DNA of 57,166 bases from Paraglomus brasilianum (lineage: Eukaryota), in contig CAJVPI010000088.1 in the NCBI GenBank assembly GCA_910592345.1, positions 1-57,166 on the forward strand, written 5' to 3'. This document shows positions 9,345-21,300 of this stretch, one piece after another. A model generated the notes under the pieces. It was not told where the DNA came from. It did no database searches and was given only the letters and a program-made list of their open reading frames with translations. Position numbers and translations under genes: made by a program. Numbering within the stretch: the first letter of the stretch is position 1; each line of letters opens with the position of its first letter.

Positions 9345-12300
9345 ATGTCTTCAGATGAAGAATCAGTAGACACAGAAACATCGTTCGAAGAAGTGTCCAG
9401 TGTTGGTAGTACAGGGTCCAGCACGAGTACACATGAAGTGTTCGCTGATGATATTATTACTACAAAGCCTGGTAAGGGGAAAGCCAGACAGATTGAGTAC
9501 AGCAGTGAGGATGACTCTGATGAAGGTCAACCGACTTTTGCGGACATATCACAAAGAATTGGTGCAGAAAATGTTCAAATAGATTCAGACAGTCAGGAGA
9601 TGACAGATGATGAAGATTCTCAATATGTAAATGCTCGAGAAGATAGTCTTAGTGATGAAGATGATGGTCCTATGCCTAATAAGAATTATCTCTGTGTACG
9701 AGTGTCTGACTCGTCTGGGCTTGACGAACTGACTGACAGTGCAGACGAAGGTGATTCTAATGCAAATAGGGTTCAAGAGGATAGTTCTAACGAAGAAGAT
9801 ATTCCTGCACGGCAAAACGACTATGTCTCACCCGAGTCTGACTCACCGGTACCGCTGGAATCATCAGCGGATGAAGAAGAAGATTCTCCACATGTAAATA
9901 CAAACGGGACTCAGGAGAATAGTTTCAGCGAAGACGAAATTCATACGCAGCAAAACAACTACGTCTTTCCACACGCGTCTGACTTGTCCGAACCGCAGGA
10001 ATCAACGGACGATCGTGATGAACATTTTCAACATGTAAATACCCGTACGACCCATGAGGATAGTTTTAGCGACGAAGATATGCCTATGGACGATGAAGAT
10101 GGTCCACGTGAAAATTTAGGTAAGGCGCTAAAAACCCAGTTTTGTTGCCGATTTTAATATATTACACGCGTCTAACTTGTTCGTATCGTAGGCGAACAAC
10201 ATTCCCCACACGCAAATCTAGGTAATGAATGTAAAAATTAGTAATAAAATAGAATTAAGTCTTTCTGACGTGTCTATTCTGGCAGATGACCGGGAACAAA
10301 TCGATGATGAAGAAGTCGATGACGAAGAAGTCGATGATGAAGAAGTCGAAGAAGATGAAGTCAAAGAAGTCGAAGTTGAAGAAAATGAAGACGAAGAAGA
10401 TGAAGTTGAAGAACATGAAGTTGATGATGAAGACGAAGAAGTCGAAGTTGAAGAAAATGAAGACGAAGAAGATGAAGTTGAAGAAGAAGTCGAAGAACAT
10501 GAAGTTGATGATGAAGACGAAGAAGCTTCTGCACATGCCGGTAAGATATGCACTGAGTAACGTTTCGGAGAATCTCTTCATTTACGGATGTTTGAACTTA
10601 ACAAACAGCAGATAGTTCTCTGCATGCAAAAACAAACGGCGATGGAGATATTAATAAACCCAAAAAGGATCTTCACCTTATGAGCATGCATGATACTCCT
10701 GAAGTCAACGAAACAATTACAAGCAACAAGAGCACCAAAGTTGCTACTGGTAATGCCAATCCTGATCAGCAGGCATGGATTGATGAAAGATTTGCTGAAA
10801 TTCAGTCTTTGATGGCAAAGCTAAAGCCACCGGGAGCAGAAGGAATGCAAACCACAGCAAAACCTCTTTCGCTGCATCCCGCGAAACCACAAGACAAGTC
10901 AGCGACTAGAGGTTATAAAGGCGATCACCGAAAGTCGAAAGAAATGTCACAAAAGAAGGGTGAATCTTTTATTGACAAACTTTACGTGTCTGGTACTGGC
11001 GACAAGGCAGTCGATGCAACTGAGGTCGAGAAGATATCAGGTCCAAGTAAACTCGAACTGCAAGACGAGTTAAACATGCACAAGATGGTATACGAGAGTA
11101 CAAGCCCTAAATCGACATCTACCGAAAGGCTTCAAGAAACTGAGAAGCCCAAAGATAAAAAGCGAAATCAAAAAAGTGAAGGAAAGCATTCTGGACAGAA
11201 ATCAGAATTGCTGCCAGAGAAAGATGTTAATCAAGATCAAGAAGATTTCCATGACGACAATTCTCATATCGGAAAGAAATCGAGCAAATTGAACACGTCC
11301 CCCAGTGGCAGTAAAAACAGAGAATCTCTTCATGAAACCAAACGTTTATCAACTTCTACGAGTAATCCGATCAAAGGAAGTGCTAAACAAAAGGAAGAGC
11401 GTGTTGAAAAACAAGATGCTCATAAAGGCAAGAAAAAGGCTGGCAAACGTGGAAATGGAGTAAAACTTGATAGCGGCATTGTTAGTACGAAGACGGGTGA
11501 AGGTTTGAATACTCAACAAGCATTACCCGTACCCGAATCTGCAGCAGTCATCGATAACAGAATGAACAGAAACAGTCCTTCACCTGGTTGTACTCTTTTC
11601 AGAAAACAAGATGGCGAAACGGCTCACGATTCTGATTTATCGGACAGTTCTTTGCATTCTGGCGCTGGAGAAATAGTTAGATTGGCAGACGAAAGCCAGC
11701 CCAGCAGCGCTGCTCAGCAAACATCGTATATACCCGAAGCTACGGCATTTAGACGGGGACAGGGTTATGAACCAAAACGTGAACCTGATTTATCAGATGC
11801 TTCCTCGCGTTCTGCTACTGTTGGTACAAAATTCGCGTTAGGAACTGAAAGTCCACATGGTCGAACTACTCCGCAAGAGTCGCAGACAAACCCCAAAGTA
11901 AAAGGAAAGAAATCTTCCAACAGGCATCGTAGTGGCGCAAAACCTAATGCTAGTACTGATACATTGACCAGGTCACAGGATTCCGATGAACCTATTAGAG
12001 CTAAGCAAGAATCACAGACATCCGAAAATAGCAATACCAGCCTTTCGCGTAGTTCTTCCAAGAGAAACCAAGGTCACGGGAAAAATCCTAAATCCAAGTC
12101 ACGTGGGAAGGGAATTTCTGACAGAACTGCTCTGCAAACGTCCGAGAATGACAGCAGTCCTTTGCCTAATCCTTCTTCCAAAAAAATCCAAAATCACGGG
12201 GAAAAGCCGCAGGCTGGTGATTCTTTGCATTTTAACACTGATCCTAAAATCAAATCACAGAGGGAAGTCATTTATGACAAAGCTACTCCGCAAGAATCCA

Positions 12301-15300
12301 AGACGTCGAAAAAGAAACGGAAGAAGAAGAAACGTGAAGAACAATCTAATATTGATTCGGATGACGATTCCTTGCAACGTAGCATTGACACAGCAACCAA
12401 GTCGCGGGATGAAAGCAATTTCAACAGGCGTAATCAAGAATCGCTCAAGTCCAAAAATAATAACATCCCCTTGGCTGCTCCTTCAAAAGGAAACCAAATT
12501 AATAAAGCAAAATCTAACTTCGACTCTGCTGACGATTCCTCACATCATAATAGAAAAATCAAGCCGCAGGATGAAAGCGAGCTCAACAGGAGTAAAAAAG
12601 GATCGACCAAGTCCAAGAATAATAACCCCTTGTCTGTTCCTTCGAGAAGAACCCAAATTAATGAAACAAAATCTAACGTCGACTCTGACGATTCCTCGAA
12701 TCATAATATCGACAGGAAACCCAGGTCGCGGGATGAAATTCAGCTCAACAAAAGTAAGCAAGAAACGTACAAGTCCAGGAATAAGAATAATAGCCCTTTA
12801 CCCGTTTCTTCACCCGCTCCTTCACCCGCTCCTTCACCCGCTCCTTCAACGAAATCCCAATATAATAGCGATTCTCTGCGTCATAATGCCCATACAAAAT
12901 CCAGGTCATCAGACATAAGTCAGTCTAACAGAACTGATAAAGCATCACAAGCATCCAGAAGTAACAGAAACAGCACTTTGTCGATGACTTCCAAAAGGGG
13001 CCAGAATAGTGGAACAAATGCTGATCTCGATTCAGATGAAGAGTCTTCGCATGAGCGCGCTGATACCAAGTTCAGAAAGAATGAGTATCTGGATAGCACA
13101 ACTACTCGACAAGCGTCAACCCAAAAGAACACAATTAGCTCTTCACCTACTCCGCATCTCGATTCAGCCAATAAGTTTGGTGCTGCAGATGTCTGGTCTG
13201 AGAATAAAAAGCCGTCCAGCAGAACTACTCAACGAACATCCATGTTGGGTGATGAAAATCAGGATAGCAATCGCAAGTTGGGAGCTGATAATATAAATCG
13301 CTTCTCGCGTACTTTTGATGCGGATACTCGGCCTGCTGATCAAAATCAATATAACGAAACTATTCGAGCATCATCTTTCACAAACAGCGACAACGGATTT
13401 AATGCAAACAGCTCTCTACCACGTGCTGGTATCTCCTTCCAGAGAGACCAAAGCTACGAAACAACCCGTTCGTCAATTTATGGAGATCAAAATCAAAAGA
13501 CCACTCAGCCAACGGGTTCACAAACGAGAGATAGTCTTCACTTAAATGATGATGCTCATTCCAGGAACATGGGTTTCGAGAAAAATTACGGTTCAGATAA
13601 TGTAGGGCTTGGGAAACAGCATGGGCGTCCTACTACTGCTGGTATCATGGCTGATTTAGAAAATTCGCATGGTGGTTTTTCGCAAAATACTGGTGCTACT
13701 TCCGGAAATCAAGGTCGCAACAAATTAAAAGTAGGAAACTCACAAACTCGCTATGAACCAAACGCCAAGGTATTCCATGTGTATATGCCTAAAAACTTGC
13801 CAAAAGGATGTGAGGTTTGGGTTGTTGGCGACATTCCCGAATTGGGCAACTGGAAAAAATTAATGGTCCCTCTTACACAATCAAAGAATTCAAAATATTG
13901 GTATTCGAAGCCGGTGGAAATTCCAACAGTTCGCTTTGGGAATCCCATTCGCTACAAGTATCTCCTTACCCTTAACAGCAGTAAGAGAGCACTTTGGGAT
14001 GTGCGGGGTTGGTTTGCGTCAAATTCTGGTGACGTTTTTTTGTTTGAAGGCTATGACGAGCGTGATAACCGCACATGCAATCCTGCAAAGAACCAATATG
14101 ATGTCTGGAAGCCAAATACCCAGTACAAAGTTTATTCTAAAGATCTTGAATCAGAGTTTGCCTTCCCCTTGCATGTATTTCAAACGGTCACCAACGAAAA
14201 TCTCAAAGAAAAAATAATGGATTACCAAAGACTACTCAAAGGATATGAGGGCTTATGTATCAAAGAAACGCGCTTTATTGTTGATAATTATTCTTTCGAA
14301 ACCTTGCAAGATGTAAACCGTATCTTTTTATGTGTGTTGATTGGCGTCCTTTCAAAGCAGTCCAACCGTAGTCGCGAAATCAAACTTCAGGAAGGGTTTC
14401 CGTCGGCTGATTTCTTAGATGCACTTGGTCGCATAGACGAGAACACTCTACTCTCGGACTCTGAAACGAAGCAATACATATCATATGCAGTTTGTGCATT
14501 AGTCCAACATAATTCGCGATGTTCAAAATCGTTCGATTGGATGAGAGTATTTAATGCAACAGAGTTTATAGATCCGACTTGGACGTTCTTGAATTCGATT
14601 GAAGTACGCGATCTTGACGCTGACGAATCAAAGCAGTTTTGCAAGTCTTTTATGATAAATGTCAAACCATATGTCGATGCGGCGAGTGACCATACTTATG
14701 TGAAACTATATAAAGTAAGTCGTCTCTGGGCGCGTGAGCCAATTTTGTCAATCACTTCTTGGGTCTCGATTTCGTTATTAATTACATTGATATAATTTCA
14801 GTTTTTTATCGAAATATCCAACGGCATTTACATTCTATCCTTTATTTGGACGACCTTCACTAGACCTGATGAGCAATTGACTCAGGCTTGGAAAGTGCGT
14901 CTGGGCCAAATAATCAACACAGATGACGCAATGAAATTACTTAATCATTATTATGAAGTCCCAAATGATCTGGATATCGAGTACAGCTCCGTGTTCGTCA
15001 AGAGAGCTATGATACTGTTCGACGTTTACAAGAACTGGAAGAAAGATGATCTCAATGCATTCGTTACCTTGTTTAAAGAACTACAATGGACTTCGGAAGA
15101 TCAAATGGAAGTGCTACGACGTGCATCAAATTGTCGGCGCATGGAAGTATTAGAAATATTTGTGAATCTAGTGGAAATTGTTCTTGGGAGAACTCGTTCA
15201 GACTCAAATGTGAATGAAAAAATAGACGAGTGTTGCTCACAATGGCTCAGTCGTACAGTAAATATGATAAAGGAATCACATAAACATGTTCGCAATAATA

Positions 15301-18300
15301 CGCAAAATAATGTTTGTATGACCTATCGTCAACTCTCCATCATCTACCCTATCATTGCAGACAGACCAAAAGTTAAAAACGGATTGCTTAAATTTGTCGA
15401 AGAAGAGATAGATCATTATGGGGACGAGCTAATTTATGTTGCAGCTAGAGACATAGGAAACTTGTCAGGAAAAGATATCGAGGCATCTTTTCGAAAGATT
15501 TTGCGTAGAAGACTTGCACAACCTTCTTGTCGAGCGGACGATATACTACTGAAAAAAATTAGGCTGATATGCGGTTGCGATGGCAAACAGATCCGAGTCC
15601 CTAATGGGTAGGTGATATTATAAATGAAGCTTTTTTGAGTTCTTGCTTTCCCAGTTTTAGTGACTGAATCTTTTACTTAAAATAGCTTTTGCGAGGAGAT
15701 TATATTATACATTTTGACTAAATTGCAAGAAAGCGCTCCGCATGGAGACATCGAAATTAGCGATGATTTCCATAAGAGCTTATTGGATTCGTCGAAATTT
15801 TGGATTAGTCTGTTAACTGCCACAGGTGAAGTAGCTCATATTAGGCAGAAGCATATATATAGCATAAGGGTTATAAAAGCTATCAAAGATTTGACGGAAA
15901 AGCTTCGAAGTCAAAGAATCTCACTTGGCATGCTCCAGTATGTTCTCAATCATACGGATAAAGATCTCGCTGAATATTTAGCCATTATTAATGACAGGCA
16001 GTCTCTTCCCATTGAGCCGTCAACTCTTCGAGTATTTCGAGACACACACGCTGTCTACTATAAGACATTACGTGAACTCGGCGATTTTTATGAAAGATTT
16101 TGTCAGAAGGCTGGTGACGTTATAACTTATATTGGTGACATCGCTGAAAGAAGAAATTCTCTTGATAGGACTCGATATAGGGACATTTTGTCAAAGGAAC
16201 ACTGGACAATGCATCAACCGATAATGACAATTGCGGAACGCGCATCTTCATACGCCACATTAGTAACATTTAGTAATGTTTTTGAAATGTCCTTAAACAA
16301 AGTAATTGAAGCAGAGGCGATGAATGTTATAACCATTTCTCAAAAAGTAATGTTTGCAGCATTCGATGAATATGATAAAATACGAGTTTCTCACAAAGAT
16401 TGGACAAATTTAACGTTCAAGAATGCAAAGCTAGTATGGAATAATGTCAAAGACGTGAGGGGAGAACTTGACTTCATGTTAAAAGACATGAAAATAAAGG
16501 CTTCGGAGGATTTGTTCAGGTCTATTTCAATTTTGTCGAAAATATCCAAGTGGCAAGAGCGAGCGGAATATCTGGATGCAGTTGTGGATATTTTCGATGT
16601 CAAGAAAGACAGTGGTACAGATTTTAAGCAATTGAGCCTGCAACTTAAGAACGAGGAAGGAATGTTAAAAGACTTGAAGGCGGTGTTCGATAAGTTTGAC
16701 AACAGAATCAAAATTCTCAACGATGATTGTTGGAAGATGATCAGGGAAATGGCCAATGCACGTGGTTTATTGAAATGGCTTGATGGACTTCGGTCGGACG
16801 CGTTGAATAATGTAATTAACGGAGCAGATGATCAATCTGATGAACATTTGATCCAGGAGGACACAGTATCTGCTCTCATGGAAGTTAGACAATTTGTGAC
16901 CCCGCTTAAGCCACCCGAGCGCTTGAAAATTGATGAATTTTTCAAAAATCTTCGCGAATTGACTAACAATAACAAAATGCTTGCGGAGAGAATCTCGCGT
17001 TGTAGTGCCAACTATTCTGCTCTGAGAAACATGTATGAGGGAATTAATAATAGGGGAGAAGTCACGAGAGTGCGCATTAAAAATGCCGCGACCCGAGGAA
17101 TATACACATTTACCCGTGATCAAAATGAAGACCAGTGCTCCGTCGAGTTGTCGTATGATAAAGATAAAGATACTGATAAAGATAAAGATTCTGATAAAGG
17201 TACCGATAAAGATACCGATAAAGGTACTGCCAGTTACGGCTTAGCGGAATTGCAAGATTTGCGAGGTCGTGCTCTACTTATTGCTAAACAGGAGACGGCA
17301 ACTTTAGCTTCTAACAAAGAAACTGGCCGAGATGATTTGGAACAAGAGGATATGCGTGCAGATGACGTGATGATGAAATTCGTTCGTCAAGTAGACTTTG
17401 TATACCAAATTATTAAAGTTGCATCGAAACTTATAGAATTGGGACATTTTGCTTATCGTAACTTTAATGAGGTGACTCTTAATATTGAAGATATGGAAGA
17501 ATTACTTGATAGATTGCAAAATGATTTGAGGGATTGGTAAGTTTGAGGTTTCATGATTCAGCGTTGTTGAAAGGTCTATCCATACATATTAAATTAAACT
17601 ATTGGTTTCTTGCGTGCAGGGAAGATATTGTAAGTGAAGCACAAGAAGATTACTATTACTTGACATTCTATACCGGAAGACATATTTTAGCGTTTTATGA
17701 TTATTTCAGTCAAGATACAGCCGTCGATGACGATCACAGACAACTTTGCCAGACGTTGTTAAATTTCGTAAATCCCAATGCTCATCTGGTATCAACCGGT
17801 GGGATTGTGAAACTGGATTTGGAGAGAGAAAACTACAATGAAGTGCTATGTAGTATCGGACAAAGACTTTCTGATATATTTAGTCATGTGGCCGTTGTTA
17901 TCAGGGGAATTCCATCCGGCACAATAAAGGAACCAGTCGCCTCTGACATTGCTCGAACTGGAGAGTTGTTTGTAGCAGCATGCAATGACAAGTTTCGAGT
18001 TCCAAATATCATTATGTCGTTGTATGCTAATCGCGGCCTGTACCCTGAATCCTGGCAGGTTTTTATATGCCGAACAACAACTACTGCTGAAGAACTCACG
18101 CTGTTTGTTAAAAGGTGCTTTTTTGCGCCAAGAAATAAATACGGGGAGCACCTGTTCTGTATTGCTAATTTAGAATTCCTTGAATTTGAGCTTCAATACA
18201 ATCTAGTCAACGATATAAGAACGCTGCTTAATCGAGGAGAACCCTTCAATTTAGCTTTGATCTGTTGCAGAGAAAACGGAATTCATCATCATATTCTTGA

Positions 18301-21300
18301 CCAGTTTTCAAAACATGTTGTCAATACTGTGGGACTCGAAATATCTTCCATGAAAAACATGTATGAAGAACTCTGTCCAAATGTCAAATGCGTATCTTCT
18401 GATTTGTCCGGACAAGGCAAAACAGAGTACATCAAGCAAACTTGTATGGAGACCACGTCAATCCCAAGAAGCGTGCTGATAAGTGACGGAATGCGTTATG
18501 ACCGACTTGTCAGTCAGCTGCATGAATGTAAATTAAAGCGTATGGAGAGTTTGCACTTAAATATTGTTTCAGTTGACAATCCTGCTGAAGTCAATACCTT
18601 TATTTTTGAATTTCTGACACTTGGCATTGTGTCTAACAAAGTGAATATCTCTAGTCTTCCGAAACAATCTGTATTCATAGAAATCGCATCTACTATGGAA
18701 CAATATCTGCTCGAGTCATTACCAATCATCAAGTGCTTACCACGAAAACATCTTACGTGGGACATCAACCGCTTTATCATCTCAAGTGAGATTTATAATC
18801 CAATACAGGTGGTGTGCCGCTACTTGGATGCACTCATGAAGGGTACAGTTGATGATAACGATATCTCTTTTGGACATGGAGGTATTCAAGAGCCCTTACC
18901 CGTCATGCGTTGTCGAGAACTCATACAACATTACTTCTTCGCAAACAATCCAGCTACCGTTGCTTCTTACCGCTTTGTGGAGATTTTTATAAACGTTTTG
19001 GCTGATCAATTAGTTCGTCTATCGTTAAGTTCTTTCTTCCGCGTTGAGAACCTCAACTTGATGTCACAAAATAGCAAAGTAAGATCAACGTTATTAGAAA
19101 CATTAATATATGTGTCAAAAGACTTTGCCACACGTTCTGTCGCGAGCAAAGCCGCACAACTAGCGTCAACTGCTAAAGATGCAGATAAAGCACGATTAGC
19201 CACCATAGCGCAATGGGACGACTCGAATCATTTACTAGTGTTCTTCTTGTCACAAACACCAGACTCTATTTGCGCCCTCTATCGTGATAGGAAAAAAGTA
19301 CCGGAGAACGTTAAACGTCTTTTGTGGAGCCAAAAAGCACAACGTGAAAGTTTGAAATCGTTTACCTTGGAAGACTATCATAAAATGCTACCTCGAACTC
19401 TGCAAGAACGTCTGGAATGTATAGCTCGTACATCGATGGAAAGTAAAAAATTTGGTGATTACGCTCTATCAGCTGACAATCTTATTAAAATGGCACTTAT
19501 TTTGCTACGAGCACGCGCAAATATTCCGGTCGTTGTTTGTGGAGAGGCTGGATGTGGCAAGGTAATATTATTTTGTTTTGCCAATTCTTGTTTATTCGAA
19601 TACTGTATTGACGTTTTTGACTTAATAGACAAGTCTAATAGCCTATTTGGCAAGAGTCATTGGTGTCCAATTCCATAATCTCTCTTTGCATGCTGGCATT
19701 GTTGAGAGCCAGATTCTTTTATTCATGAACAAGGGAAATGCCGATGCCGAGAAAACTGAAGATGAAGTATGGCTATTTTTCGACGAAATTAACACTTGCA
19801 ACCACATTGGTCTCCTGGCAGATCTAATAGCCCACAGAATGTTCTTAGGAAAACCAATCCTTCCGAATATTCGCCTGTTTGCTGCTTGTAATCCTTACCG
19901 ATTGTGTGTGAACAATGATAACGTAGCAGGATTAAAGAAAACAAGGGTATACAAAAGTAATCTTGTCTATCAAGTTCATCCTCTTCCTGATCAAATTCTT
20001 GATTATGTCTGGGACTTCGGTGTGCTCAAACCCGAAGATGAAAAGGTAAATTCGTAGTTCGATTGCACCCTCATAATGATAAACCGGTTCTAAATATGTT
20101 CTATCAATCAGTTATATATAAAAATCATGGTCTCAAGCGAAATAAAAGAGAATACAAAGAATTTTGATATGATCAGCGAATTGCTTTTTTCCTCCCAAGA
20201 CTATATACGCCAAATCGAAGGACCGCAAAGCGTAAGTCTGCGCGATGTCAAAAGAGCAATCAAACTAATTAAATGGTTTCAACAAAGCCTCCGAGACAGA
20301 AGGGAACTGAAAGAAAGGAGGAAAAATACCCGTTATAAATACACAACGGGCAGGCATTTGCCTGAACTTCCCGTTGTTCTATCGTTGGGACTTTGTTATC
20401 AAGCTCGACTTTACAAACAGAACGAGAGATTAGAGTACCGTAGGCGGATGGCAAAGGTTTTCGGGAAATATAGCATTTACTTGACCTCGGAAAACTTTAA
20501 AGATATGCTTTACGATGAACAGAAAGATTGGATAGATAGAATGATATGTCCACCAGCAACTGCCCAAAATGAAGCCCTATTGGAAAATGTACTTGTAATG
20601 ATAGTCTGTATAATGACACGAATTCCAGTCTTTATTATTGGAGCTCCTGGAAGGTAATTAAGAACACTGCAATCATTTTAGTAGGAACGGATATTAACTG
20701 CTGTTTCTTTGTTGCCAGTTCTAAATCGCTATCGATGCGACTTGTCAGTTCTAATCTTCGGGGCGTTGATTCGGAAAATGCGTACTTTAAAACGCTGCCA
20801 CAAGTGATTATCCAAGTGATCTAGTTTATGTTTCTGCGGTCTTAGTTTTAACTTGCTCACGTTCAATATTTCCAGGTTATTGTAATTCCGCATCAAGGTT
20901 CATCAACTTCAACGTCTGACGGAATCGAGAAAGTTTTCCAGAAGGCAACAAAGTTTCAAGAAAGTAGATCCAGAAATTTCAACGTGCAAGCTGTGGTTCT
21001 TCTTGATGAAGTTGGTCTAGCAGAAACGAGTCCATTCAATCCCTTAAAAGTATTGCATGGACTTCTCGAACCTAGTTATCCTGAAAATGAACCAAAAGTG
21101 GCAGTAATCGGAATAAGCAATTGGAGATTGGACAATAGTAAATCAAGCAGGGCATTACTTGTCCAGAGGCCTCAATTGGACGAAAATGACCTTGTGAACA
21201 CGGCTGAGGCTCTTCTTTTGGAAAACAGGAGGACCTGGCTTTTTGATGTTAGTTCGAAGAAGCAGAAGATACAAAGCATTGCCAGATCCTACACACACTA

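Noticed and set aside
10218..10615. Overlapping poly-Ser, poly-Phe and Lys/Met-rich ORFs
   Set aside because: Alternative-frame or antisense shadows of the GAA/GAT acidic repeat in exon 3 of gene A.
11986..12918. 310-aa +strand ORF overlapping gene A in another frame
   Set aside because: Lies in low-complexity repeat-derived coding DNA with no recognisable motifs; probably a chance open frame.
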